The notes beneath the pieces were generated by a model. It had not been told where the DNA came from, made no database searches, and saw only the letters and a list, made by a program, of their open reading frames with translations. A DNA stretch of 62,999 nucleotides, filler included, from Intoshia linei (Eukaryota > Animalia > Orthonectida): NCBI GenBank assembly GCA_001642005.1. It is 5 parts of 5 records of this genome, joined end to end, with 100 filler letters (N's around TTAATTAATTAA, not from the genome) between each part and the next. Parts side by side here need not be neighbours in the genome. Positions count along the whole stretch, not along the records: positions 1 to 27,610 come from LWCA01000429.1; 4 more parts are not named here. One strand, written 5' to 3'. Shown piece by piece: positions 1-13,246 of the stretch (position 1 is its first letter; each line of letters begins with the position of its first letter). Position numbers and translations under genes: made by a program.

Positions 1-634
1 TAAATATTCGTAAAGATATAATGATTTATAATAAAGTTACAATAAAAACGACATATTTTTATTTATACTATATTTTTCTACAGCTTCAGAAAATAATTCT
101 TTCCATTTTTTCATTTTAGACTCGCTTACTAATTTTGATTCTCCTATAATTTTTTTTTGATTTAATGGAATCTCTGGTTAAAAAAAAAGAATTTAAACAA
201 CCAGTAGAGGCATTAAAATTGTTCAAATTCAAAATACTGGCAATTTCCAGCGCCATTTCTTTCAATATATTGCCACTTATACTTATATTTAATGTCCGTT
301 GACGTTGAAACCACTGATTCAATTCTCCATTGATTTCCTTAGGCAAGGTTGTCTCTTCTGATTTAAATTATACAATTAAGGATTTCTTCACGATTTACAA
401 TTATATGACTATAACCACTCTGCCAGTTAGACATCACAAGTGAGTTATATCAAAACTATATATTCGAATCTCGATTAGTATGATAGCGATATATCACTAC
501 ATATCGAAAAATCTTTTTCTCTTCAAATTCAAATTCATATTAAAAATTTTTTCTCATAATAAATACTATACAAATCTAACCTTTATTTTCATGAAATTCA
601 TATAAGCATGAATTCATATTGAACAGAAAACTGT
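1..634 (-). mobile_element. Tigger/pogo-like DNA transposon remnant with CENP-B-type HTH fragment
   Basis: ORF 116-346 (ELNQWFQRQRTLNISISGNILKEMALEIASILNLNNFNASTGCLNSF) matches the CENP-B/Tc5 HTH pattern of Tigger transposases. The frame is broken on both sides. Boundaries approximate. Confidence 0.75.
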
Positions 635-635
635 A

Positions 636-1168
636 TTTACATTTTTAATTTTTATTTTAATCGAAATATTTGAAAAATATTGGTTGATAATATATTAAAA
701 GTATTTTTCACCCGGGAATGCGTAGATTTCTCCTTGAAATTTTGTATTTATATCAACTGGAATAAGCTATATCAGAATAATTTTTATTTTATTTTTCGGC
801 TGTTAATTATTTCACAATTTTTGTTTTTATAAAATATTTCGGAAAAAATATATATGAATACTAAAATGGTTTTTGACCGTGAAGTCGTCACTTATTCGGA
901 TTGAAATTTTTTGTGTGTGTTAACACTGGATACAACTGTACCACCTGGAAATTTTTTTATATTCTCCAACTCGTTTGATTTTCATTAAGAGGAACAATTG
1001 GGGTTTTTGACCCGTAAGATATGAGTTTGGGAGGTTGAAATTGATCTTATTATACATCCCGGAAAAAACTGTAATTGAAATGTGGTCTTTAAAAAATTCT
1101 AAGGCTGATAATTATTTAAATAAAGCGTAACACATACACACACACAAACAAAAATAGCGTAGCATATT
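636..1168 (-). mobile_element. Non-autonomous Helitron family A, partial copy
   Basis: Closely similar to the copies at 24964-25695 and 32545-33460; CA-rich tract near the 5' end; both termini missing. Confidence 0.75.
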
Positions 1169-1649
1169 ACACTGGGTCACAAAATAAAAAATTTTTATTT
1201 ATAGCATCGATAATTTTATGTATTATTGAAGTATAAACAGAGAAAATAAGATTGATATAATTTTTGGAATCTTTCCAGATTGAAATCGTTGTTAAATTAG
1301 TAATTAAAATGTATAAATAACTAAGTAACTATAAACATTTTACATTTTCTAATTTTTAAAATTGTAATTAAGAATGAATTAACAGTATAATTACACAATT
1401 TTGTTACGTAATTCTGGGTTATTTGACATTGTCTTCATTTTAAAAAATTAAAAAAATAAAATTTATGAAAAGAAATACATTTTCATAAAACACAAGCTAC
1501 ATTAAATCAGTAGAATTATATAATAAAAATTATACCAGATAGTTTTAAATGAAATGAAATAAATTTATAAAAACACGTATCAAATTAAAACAAAGGTAAT
1601 TAAATATGAAAAATTAAATTAATTAGTATATTATATAACATTCGAGTAT

Positions 1650-2340
1650 ATTAGTTATGAGTTTTCACCGATTAGCCTCCTATGTCACTGACAGTGGGTC
1701 AAAATGATTTTTCAAAGCAAAAAAAAAAATTCACTGAAAAAATTTTTTATATTTTTTTTGTGAAAGTTGTGATAACTGAATTTAATGAATACCATATGAT
1801 GAATTCATGTATTGGCTACAATTTGATGAAAATTGGATATATGAGGAAACAAATGTTTTATAACATGATTTACTGTAGGAGAATTTGGAGGGTTTCTTTG
1901 AATTTTACAAATAAATTGTCTAGCAAGTGCAAGTTTAATATGGAGCGGAGGAGGGATGATGTTTTATAATGGAATAAGAATAGGAAATTTGGCATTATAT
2001 TTACCAATAACATTTTCATTTTTAGTTGACCAAACTAGGGTTGAATAATGATAATTTCTACTCGTTGCATCAAAAAGACAAAATATACATAGATATTTTG
2101 TCTTTCCATCTTGCAACCCCATAATAATGCTAACAAGTTTAAAGTCACACGATACTTTCCATTCATGTAAATTGTAATTAATTAAGCCTAACAAAAATTT
2201 TTATATCTCTGTAATTTTCTTTAAGTAATGTAGAGTAGGAAATGGGGATTGGTGGATAAATATGTAATGAATGAATAAGTACCGCCTTTAAGCTATTCAT
2301 TGAACCGTCAATTGAAATGTACCAATTTCTTTTCCAATGA
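1650..2340 (-). pseudogene. Decayed Chapaev3/CMC-like transposase
   Basis: Frameshifted pieces read WYISIDGSMNSLKAVLIH..YPPIPISYSTLLKENY, HEWKVSCDFKLVSIIMGLQDGKTKYLCIFCLFD and IIPPPLHIKLALARQF. These resemble the LFIDSS..SLKAVLLH / GDLK..GLQ.GYTK / PPLHIKLGL motifs recalled for this family. Possible CACTG terminus at 1170. Confidence 0.7.
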
Positions 2341-2743
2341 CAACCAACTTATATAATTATATAAGTTAGAATATGTCTTAGATATAACTACATTTTAGAT
2401 ACCAAATTAATATTTTACAACCACCAACCAATTCAGTACAACTAACCTACTTATTTAATTAATTATTATTATTAATTTTAAATCCCCAATAAGCTACAAA
2501 TTTTGAAATCGCTTCCAGTTGGTATCGCCCGTTGAAAACCCCTCTATAGAGTACTATTCATTTAAGCAATGTATTGTTGGTTTCCTTAGGGAAAATTTTA
2601 AGACATTATAATACATAATGTAATTTCATTTATTTATTATTATTTAGAATATAATTTATATTTTTAAGTGTATTTGTAATTAGTGCAGGATATTTGATAA
2701 TAAAAAATTCAATGACAATTTTTACAAAATGCATTCGTAAAAA

Positions 2744-4793
2744 TTATAAGTGTACTTTCAACGTTTTCTGGTAAATTTGGTCTTGGTGGTTCGACTCTAA
2801 AGTTAAACCAATTCTTAGAATAACTTTCCCCACCATTAACAAAGACAACTCATATTTAATTAATCTAAAAGTGTTTCATTTTAGTGGGACCATTGCTACA
2901 TTATAATTATACTTCATTGAGAAAAATATCGTAAATACGAGAGCATGTATCAAAAGGTAAGGATAAAGCGTAACATGTCATAATCCATGGAGAGGTAAAT
3001 GTAAGAAAATTTAAATCAATTTCAGAGAAATGTTTATACAGATCATTGTGGTCTTCCTACAATGGACAATTAAATATGTGTATTAAAATTTAAACATACT
3101 TTAATAATACAGCTTATTTGATAATTCAAAAGCTTTATGAGTGGCATTTTGGGAACAAATACAAACCGAAGTTGATGAAAATTCATTATCCTTTCAAATA
3201 TTAAGAAAGCTTGTTGTTCACTCAACTATAGGTAATGATGAGAAACTTATAATATAATATACATGATCAAATTACATATTCAATCAAATGGCCCATTATG
3301 AAAGCCATGCCTTGACAATATCCAACTTCTTTGTCATAAATTGAATAATTCTAAATTTTTAATATAGAATTTATTTTAAAATTTATTTAACTAATCATAC
3401 TTTCAAAAGGGTATGCAGCATTTGTTGTCCATTGTTAACTTGATTGTATTTTTGTCTATCAGGATAAGTTCTTTCAACATCAACTTTCAGTATTCTTTCA
3501 TAGGGTGATTCTTTATTTTGAATTGATAGTTTTTGATAACAATCTAGCAATTCATCTTTCTTTGTATCGGGTATCATTAATTTCCATATTGCAGATCTAA
3601 ACTCTTTGGGCAATCCGCGGCGAAGTAATTCCTACAAAATGTTTATGTTTTAATTGCAATTTTAGTACTCTTATGTATAATGGTTGGTTTTGCACATAAT
3701 CATGCCAGTTTGATATTATTTCGAACCAGTTTTCTTCGCTATCTATGTAAGAATTAAAATTAAATATATTAATCATATTTATTAACCGATTTTTAAAATT
3801 CTGGGTCTTTTTTCATTTAAAAAAAAGGGTATATTGTATGGTTGGTGGATAAGCTTCCTCATTTTGACTTTGAAATTTATCTTACTTTCTGAGTCGAATA
3901 CTTAGAATTTTTTTGAAATATATAGTTCTGTGAGTCAGAGCCGACCCTACTAAGCTCGAGGCCACCGATAATGAAATATAGGCGCTAAAGATTTTTTGCA
4001 AACGATGCATAGTGTCATATAGCCTATAGCCACCTATCCTAGGATCTTGACTTGACATCTTAAATTAAATACACAAAATAGTTGATATTCAAGAAACATT
4101 TATTTACACTCAATTTGGAAAAATCAGCCCCCATTTTACAAAAATTTTGTCGATCGTCAAAATAGGGGCCTTGGTACGATTGATTGGGCATTGTGATCAC
4201 TATAAGCGGCTTATAAAGTAATTCGTAAAATTTATCATATTTGGTTTTTTTGAAATGGAATGCTTACTTGTAGTTGCACTGATACTCCTTACTATTGTAA
4301 TACTTGTTTCTTTAACTTTCTTTATTTTGCTAAAATTATTGAGGATTAATTAATGTTTGCGAATTCTATTGATTAAAATATTATTTCGAATTTTATTGGT
4401 TACAATATTTGGTTGATACTGGATCTTAGCTTAACTTTGTAAGCCAGAACGATAAATTAATCATTACTCATTTTCCAAATTCATAATATTGAGAAGTTTT
4501 ATATCATTTTCGGTTAAATGAGATTTATTATTAGGTTTTTCTTTTAAAGTCCCAGCTCTGGTTGGCACACGCACATTTGAAATATTACAAGAAATTGTGG
4601 AATTGGTCTTTTGATTACTATTGACCTTTTTTGTGTATCTACTATTGAATCGCTTTTCCCTATAATTTTGTGGAAATTGGTAAAGTTTATCATTTTTAGA
4701 TAATTGGAAATCATCGGTATCATTAAAAGAATTTTGTTCGCCCTCTCTGTTTAAAATTATTGTATTGTTACTGTCTTCATCAGATATGGACAT
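2744..4793 (-). CDS. TBC-domain Rab GTPase-activating protein, EVI5/RABGAP1-like (multi-exon; 3' end uncertain)
   Basis: Spliced exons give LLRRGLPKEFRSAIW, LKVDVERTYP (Arg finger), YSIYDKEVGYCQGMAF (Gln finger) and PWIMTCYALSLPFDTCSRIYDIFLNE. Confidence 0.8.
3932..4170 (+). repeat. Dispersed repeat family B (intronic)
   Basis: Core AGAGCCGACCCTACTAAGCTCGAGGCCACCGATAATGAAATATAGGC is shared with 5621-5830, 45300-45550 and (reverse) 61110-61240. Confidence 0.7.
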
Positions 4794-5344
4794 TTTTTGT
4801 AAAAATAAAATTTGTAATAAAATAAACTCGGATTTATAACGTACTATATTGCAAAAGTCAATATTTATATTTATCTATTTTATAATTACAATTTATTTTA
4901 ATGTATTTTCGAATAGTACCTATAATATACAGTGGCGATTCTCCTACTCATGCTCTGCATGAGTAGATTTTATACTTTTAGATTGATTACTATACCTTCC
5001 TTAATAATATTGTTTATTATGAAATTCTCTTGGTCCAAAGGGTTTTTAAGATTTTTTTTTAAAAAAAATTAAAAATAATAGATCTAAATTAAATTATCTA
5101 ATGCATGTGATTAAAATCTCATTTTGTACTTACATTTTATATATCATCATTTTTAAAATCTCAATTAAGATATTTTTGTGTCTAAGGGTTAACTGGAGAT
5201 AAATAAGAGCTGTAATTTTTTTAAACAAAATTTTTCTAAAAGCTAAAATAAACTTGAATATCAACTTTAATGTCCAACTCTAAAGTAAAGGTGTTGGTTA
5301 ATTGCTTAATTTGAATGATTAATGAATGTAAATAAGTTAAATTG

Positions 5345-8300
5345 ATGAATATTTATAGAAATTTGGTTAAAAATTATAATTGGAATGTTTTAAACAAAAT
5401 TAATCGTATCAAATTGTTCAATAATGTATCTAAAAGAAAAACTAACAAAATAATCACTAAAGATTTTGATAAAATTGTAAATACTATATTTTTGTAATCT
5501 TTAGTCACATTTTAGATGTCGGTTTATGATAATATTTTGCATAAAGTTGGGCCAATGGCAATTATTAATCATTTTAATAAAGTAACTTATAATTATTTTT
5601 GTAGAATGTTTTTATTGCATTTGAGTGGTCAGAGCCGAAATTAACAAGCTCGAGGTTATGGAAAATGAAAAATAGGCAGTTAAAAAAAATTAACATACAG
5701 CATAGTTATGATATTTACACCATTGTTAAGAAAATAATTTCTTAATGCTCAATTTGGAAAAATGAGACTAAAAAATAATTATTTTTTTTTATAATATTTT
5801 CGTCGAGGCCTCGAAAAAGGGTATAGGTTAGTCACTGTGACTGAATTTTAACTTAATTTGTAATAAAAGCTTCAACACTAATTGAAATTTTAATTATTGA
5901 CCGTTTGCGGAATGAAGATTTTTTAATTGATCTTATTTTGCGTGGTACTATAGGGAGGACTCTTTACAGGATTTACGTGGTTGGAATGTTTCAATTTTAT
6001 TAGTTAAAGTTTAACTTAAACTGGAACTTGTTATTAACTGTTCTTAACTATTATATTTAGAAAATTGATGAATTTAATCATACAAACATTGAAAATGAAG
6101 AAATATTGTTTTTATCCAATTTGAGGAAATTTCCGAACATGACTAGCAATACATCGGTGATATATTAATTTTATTTTTTGAAAATAAATATAAATAAAAT
6201 ATTTTTAGAAATCAGAAAATGTACTTTTAAAGCATGTAAATTGTAGTAAATCATATGAAAGTAAATTTTAAATATATCATAAATCGTTATAGGGAGGAGA
6301 AAAATGTATTTGTTCCTTTGTGGTTAGTTAGAAAGGATTTAATCAAAGATTTTTTTCTTTACATAAATACATAAATAAATGTATATAAAAATATATATGT
6401 AGTTTTGTAGTAAAGTAATTTTTTTTGTGTATGATTCGTAAAAATAAGGCCATGCATTTAAAAAAAGCCTTTTAACTCTTAATTTATGTACTATTCGACA
6501 TGATACAATGATATATATTTTAGATCCACAGTCTAAAGATACGGTTGATATTGGGAAAACACTAAAAATCATTAAACTTGGGTATATTTTCTAATACTGC
6601 AAATATTTAATTATATATAGGCCTAAACTAACATATTCCTACGGTGAGAGGGCTTATATTTTAGAAGGGCACGCTGCGCTCTTACATAAAGCAATTATAA
6701 TGCACATTGTCGATGTTTTACGAAATAAGGTTTATAATAAAATTGAGTATAATTGATATATAGGGTTTTCTGTTCTTATCAGTTTCGGATATCGTTGAAG
6801 AGTCATTAGTGGTAATGCTTCTTATACATTCTATTTTAAAATTACAAAATAATTAGTACATACATAATATATATTGTATAATACAATTGTACTTTGTTAT
6901 GCTGCACAACTTTTGCATAGTATACAAAATGTTTTATTATTTTTATTATAATATTACTTTAGGCAGGTTGTGGGTTCAACGTTAATACAGATACCACTCA
7001 AGTTTATAAGATATTAAATCAGAAGTTTCAAAATATGTGTTTATCGGGAACAGGTGAAATCGGAATAGCTAGTAAGTGTTTTATATGCTTATTAATTTTA
7101 TTATATACTTAGACTATTTAAAGGGACAAAAATTTAAAAAATCTCAGTTGCCTCTTAAGTAATTCAATTTAGTTATTAATTCATTCAGTGATTTCTACCT
7201 CTTAGATATCACTAATTTTTGGGGTGATTGTTAGATTATTAATTCACTATTATTGTAATGTAAATCATTCATAATTTATTAATTCAAAACATTAAAAATT
7301 ATAAAAGTGGTCATGTCACAAATATGGCAAATACTGGTTTAATGTTTTTAATTTTTAGATTTGCGACAGTATCAAAATGCTATCGCTCAGAAATTTCACC
7401 ATTAAAGTCTGAATCAGGGTTGTACAGAGTTCATGATTTTAGTAAAGTAATTTACTTAGTATATTACACTAGCTTGACTGTTATGTACTTTGTACAAACA
7501 GCATCCTAGTTCTGCCGAGGGTGAACATTATATTCTACCAAAAAAATAAATTCAATAAGAAAATTTAACCTAAAAATGCTACAAACTTATTACACGTGGA
7601 CCCGTCATATTACATTACCTTTTAATTTAAAGTGAATTATTCCACGTTAAATTTATTTTGTTAACATTTGTATAGAAATTCGTTGTTGTAGTTTTAATTT
7701 AAATTTTAAACAAAATTTTTAGAAAATGAGAATCAAAAATAGCGTAGCAATGAAAAAACACGAAGGAACCAATTATATAGATTTTCACCCATATTTATTT
7801 ATTGGAAATGTGTAGACATTCACTGCACATTTTTTTTAAAATTGTAGGATGATTTTAAATCATGAAATATTTATTTAATGATATTATATCACATTACTAA
7901 AAACCTTCATTAGTTTCATTTGCTTTACGAAAATATTTAATAAAATTGATTTTAATTTTTATATACAGAACTTACTGCAACTACATTTTTTAATTTTTAA
8001 TGACGCCAAGTACAACAATATATATTCAATAATTATTGAATATAATCATATTATGTTTATCGTTATAAATTATAATTTAACGTCTAAGACAAATGATAAT
8101 TATTTCATAGGTTGAAATGTTTGGAATTACCGAAAACTCGATAGAAAAAAGCAATCTGGTGTTTCAGGAGTTTTTAAATATTCAAAATGAAATTTTTTCA
8201 AATTTTTGTTCTAATTATAGGTAATTTATAGTTTTTAATGTTTGAATCATTTTAATTGGTAAATTAAAGAATTCTTGAAATGGGTACCAAAGAGCTAGGA

Positions 8301-10718
8301 AATCCAGCTTTCAGGAAAATTGACATTGAAGCTTATTTACCATCTAGAAAAAATTTTGGCGAAGTAATTTTGATATTAAATCAGCTCCAATCGTTTCATT
8401 ACAACAATAATTTTTCCAAAAATATTTTTTTGTTAGTTTTCTTTTCGAAACGGAGGGGTTTATATTAAAAGTTATTTTTCACCGGGATTACGTAGATTTC
8501 TAAGGTTGAAATTTTGTATTTTTATCAACTGGAATAAGTTGTATCAGAATAATCAGTTTTTTAAATTGTAGGACCATTGATTATTTCAAATTTTTGGTTT
8601 TAATAAAATAGTTTTAAAAAAAAAATGAATATTAAAATGTTTTGTTGACCTTGAAGGCGTCATTTTGTTTAATTGAAATTTTTTGTGTGTTGTAACTGGA
8701 TATAACTATCAATTATATATTTTTTTAAATTCTAAGGCTGTTTTCATTTTTTAAAAAAAGGATAATCTGGTATTTTTATCGTGAAAATGCACTTTTTTGG
8801 GTAATCTATATTAAAATAATGTTTATGATTTTAAAAATTATCCCCATAATTTATATTGTATAAAATCTAGGTCATTTTTTATTTTTTCAAAAAAAGAGTA
8901 ATTTGAGGATTAGACCTTGATAGACTCAATTTTTGAATATAACATTTTCGATAAAACATCACTCTCGAAAAAAGCTATTAGAAATAGGTATTCTTAAAAT
9001 TCTACGCTTATTACTTTCTTAAATAAATGGTAACAGACCAATAAATAAATAGACATACATTTTTAGCTAAATTACTTTACTTATACTGTATAAGTAAGGA
9101 TGACAAAGCTTAACATTAAACTCATATTTTTAAATTATCATGATATTAAGTGTCTTCAATCGAGACTCCCGATAATGCACACTGCTTGATGTAACCAATA
9201 TAACATTTTAATATATTGTAATTATGACATAATTAATAAATTTCCAATATTGCACATCATGTTAAAATAGGAAACCCTTAATGATCGGAGATCGCGTCAT
9301 ATGTCTCATTGCCCTACAAATTAGGATAAATTTTACTCCTTATTATCATGGTTGTTATTAAATATTTACATTATATCGTGAGTACATGATGTTTAATTTA
9401 ACTTATTTAGATTTCCAGTCTTTCTAATTGTACCGACTATCAGAGTGTACGATTAGGTATTAATTATACTGACAACGAAGATGAGTCACCTGTGCATACG
9501 GTAATATATTTGTAATTGAGATGGTCACTTTCCCAAATAATGTTAGAAAATTTAGAGGTGTTTTAGCAAATTTTAAAAGTGTATTATAGGAATTTTTCCA
9601 AGAATGTAATGTTTGTTCTAGGTCTAAGGTTCTAGCTTTCGTCGAGACCATCGATAGAAGGATCTCGTATACGGTAGGTTCAGCACTGGTAGTTCGTCGT
9701 AAAATCGTATGTTTGAAATTAATAATTTTTTTAATTACGCCATTGAAGCTACCATGTCAAAATTAATGTAAAATTTTCGATATTATTTAAAAAAATAAAT
9801 ATTACCTTTGTGATGTGTTCAGGAGTAAGGTGATTTCTTTAAAAAATTATGTGGTTTACATACATCTTTTTTGTGACAAGTGGTCCATCGTTGAAAAAGT
9901 TTGGGAACCACTGTTCTATGGAATGGTCCAGAAAAATTTTGTCAAGTAAATAGTTTCCGTTGATAATTTTCAAATTTCCACTGATTTAGGGGATATTTAT
10001 ATTTATAGGGTAATCTATGAATAAAAATTGTGAAAGTTGTATTTCAAGTTTAATTTTTCAAAATATTTTGTCTAAAACTACTTTAAAATTTAGTAATCTT
10101 AATTTTAAAACGACATTTTAAAGTTTTATCAAGAAAATATCTAAAACTAAAACTTAAATCAACCATTCTCAACGTGGATTAAACCATTGGGTCCATGCTA
10201 ACAATTGGATACCTGTATGAATAATTCAGTTTTTATCTATTTCTGTGCTCCGCCAAGGCCTAAGACTTTATATTATTTCATAACCACTTCAATTGATTTA
10301 CGGTATCACCCATCGTCTTAAAAAGGTTGAGAATGTCAAATGTTATCTATTTTAGCAGATTTATGTTATCCGATTTAATGTATAGTTGTAATTGACTATC
10401 ACTTTTTTAATTACAATTTTTCAAAAAACACACCAATGCGGTTTGTGGAACAAAAAATACCTTTAAATATTTAATACTTAATTTAGATCAATGGAACAGC
10501 TGGGGCACTCACCAGACTGATAATGGTGATTTTGGAGAATAACCAAGTTAATAATGTATTTTATATTTTTATATTGTACATCCGTATTTTAGAAAGTTAA
10601 AATTCCTAAAGTTCTAGAAAAATATATGGGATCTTCTTATCTACAAATGAATAGAATTGCTAAACAGATTCATTTATTACCTTCCAAAGTTTACAAAACT
10701 AAATTAAATGTCGTGTAA
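5345..10718 (+). CDS. SARS2: Mitochondrial seryl-tRNA synthetase (many exons)
   Basis: Class II motifs: [93 protein letters not shown]. The N-terminus is basic, like a presequence. Stop TAA at 10716-10718. Confidence 0.9.
5621..5830 (+). repeat. Dispersed repeat family B (SARS2 intron)
   Basis: CAGAGCCGAAATTAACAAGCTCGAGG...AATGAAAAATAGGC...CTCAATTTGGAAAAAT matches the 3932-4170 copy. Confidence 0.65.
7469..7880 (-). mobile_element. Helitron family A, 3' half (hairpin + CTAG)
   Basis: The reverse strand ends GCTGTTTGTACAAAGTACATAACAGTCAAGCTAG|T. Confidence 0.75.
8460..9100 (-). mobile_element. Helitron family A, 5' half (A|TC end)
   Basis: The reverse strand starts A|TCCTTACTTA at 9100; internal tandem subunits are present. 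Confidence 0.75.
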
Positions 10719-11592
10719 ATCATGTTTTATATAAACACTTAATTTACCGTGACTCTCAAGTAGTACCCTGGTCGAGTCAAAACTGAAATTCTACTATCGT
10801 TATATTGTTCAAATTATTGAATTTATCCAAAAATATTTACCGTACATATAGGGCCGTAGAGGGGAAGGTTATGGGCCATACTGCCTAGGACTACAATCAC
10901 GAGGCGACTTTTTAAATTTATTAATAGGTAATGTTGGAAAATTTTTTAAGTGTACCAAAATTTCCATAACCAATGCAATTTGCAAGGGTTATTTTAATTT
11001 TTAGATAATGAACAATCGATTAAGAGGTGCCATTTTTGAAAAAAATTTTATAAGGCTTTATAATTTCCATCTGGCCTGGGCGTACCCAAAATACCCGTTT
11101 TTTTAAAGAATGAAGTCACAAGATTTTATAAAATATAAATTTTGGATAGTTTTTAAAATGATGAGCATTATGAAAAAATCAACCCTCGGCAGAGCTGTTT
11201 TTGTACAAAGTATAACACGCAAACTAAAGTTGTTTACTTGTATTGTACAAAATTAACATTATATAAATTAATCTAAAGTTTTCATAATATATTCGTGAAA
11301 TTTCTCTGGCACTACAAGTTGGGCTCAGCCCACGGTTGACTGCACTACATGTGTACCAATTTAACTTTTTTTATAAATTGTTGCCAAATTTTCGTTACCC
11401 TATAAATTATAATACTAAATATGACTAATACTAATAGATAATATTGGCACAGCTCTATCAATAAATTTTTGTCATTTTTTTAATATTTGCAGGATACAAT
11501 CGTAGTGCATTCGTAAAAATCATAAACTTGTTAGTTAATAAAATAAAGTTTGCACTTCATTTATATATTAATTTTAATTTGTCTGTGCATTA

Positions 11593-12132
11593 ATGGAAAG
11601 TAAATTACCATCCGGATGGAAAGAAATGATTAGCAAAAAAACTGGTTAGTTAGTGCACTTTAAAATGTAAACTTACACTAGGAAAAAAATATTATTTAAA
11701 CCTTAAAACAAACACGAGTCAATGGGAATTTCCAGCCACTGACGCTGGTGAAATGTCCTGTGTAAGTTGTCGACATTTACTAGTGAAACATCAAGACTCA
11801 AGAAAACCATCATCTTGGAGAGAAGCTGAAATACTACGAACAAAGGAAGAAGCAATAGAAATCATAACAAGTGAATATAATTTACTAATTTTCTAATTTT
11901 CTTCAATTTAGGATACGAAGACATTGTTCGTTCAAATCCTGCAAAATTCCCAGAATTGGCATCTCAATACAGTGACTGTAGTTCCGCAAAACGGGGAGGC
12001 GATTTAGGAGAATTTACAGAGGGACAAATGCAAAAGTCTTTCGAAAATGCAGCCTTCAAACTTGGAATTGGAGAAATATCTAGTATTGTGGATAGTGCGT
12101 CTGGGTTGCATATTATTCAACGATACGGATAA
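11593..12132 (+). CDS. PIN1: Peptidyl-prolyl isomerase Pin1 (WW + parvulin), 3 exons
   Basis: [31 protein letters not shown] (WW), [56 protein letters not shown]; two introns of about 35-40 nt. Confidence 0.95.
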
Positions 12133-12177
12133 AGACTTGTATAATAAATGTTTATAAATAAACTATATTCATGTACG

Positions 12178-13004
12178 TTATTCCATTTCTGCATTAACTT
12201 GAAGCATTTTTGATTTTTTCAATTGGTATTCATATGCTTTTGGGTGAATTTTGAAACCGTAAAGTCTATAAAACGTGTAAATATGTAAATAGTGGTATTG
12301 AACCTTTTTTCAAATTTATCGGTTGATTTTTCTACCACCAACTCAGGGTGAGTCATGAAGAACATTTGTGGAAACCCTGTTCCAAAATAAGCACCATCGA
12401 TACTGCTGTGTCTGGAGGATTTAGGATGAAATACATCATCACAAGATGGACAGTAAAGGTAGACTGTCTGGTCACAAATAACATCACTTAAACCTAAAAA
12501 TTGTAAAAAAAAAATTTTTAACCAAACCTATCGGCAATGTGTGTCTCTTTTTGCAAAGGTATCTAGGGCACATGAGAAAGTCCCCTCTATGCCATTTCTC
12601 TATCTTATAATATTAGATAATATTCGTATTCATTATACCATTTGTGCTATTCCACGTGTCGTCATAATGTAGCGGGCATGGATGAGACCATATAACAACT
12701 CTGCTGAAGTTTCTATTCTGTCGTAATTGTCTTCTACCTCAGTTTCTTCAGTATCTAATTAATGCATATAAAACGGTAAATAGGTCTTTTACCTGGTTCC
12801 AAATCCAATATTTGATCTAAAGCCAAACGATAGTTTGGCACAAAGTCGCTAATACCGGTCAAGTTAAATTTGTCTTGTATATATTCTTCATCGATCTAAA
12901 CCAATTTAGTCACGTTGAGACAAAAACGATACCTCGCAAAAGAATTCGTTACCCTTCAAATGGCAAAACCAACTGATCCACGAAATTTCTTCGGAGCTAC
13001 TCAT
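12178..13004 (-). CDS. CSNK2B: Casein kinase II beta subunit, 6 exons
   Basis: [45 protein letters not shown], Zn finger [29 protein letters not shown]. Confidence 0.97.
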
Positions 13005-13246
13005 TTCAAAATTTTATGAACGTTAATTTGTTACTATAACTAGACAACATGTATGTTGCTTACAAAGTTCGTTTTAACAAAATTATATTAATGTATCCAC
13101 ATAAAAATAGTATCGATTGCAATTTTGAACCAACGTTGTAAGTGAATGTACTCAATTTACTAAAATATCGATACATGTGGAATGTTTTTATTATAGGATT
13201 CTAATGTACATTCATGTGTATTTTTACATTTGATAAATTAGACTAA

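Noticed and set aside
9635-9660. Hammerhead-like CGATGGTCTCGACGAAAG on the minus strand
   Set aside because: Lacks the CUGANGA core and flanking stems; more likely a TE internal motif.
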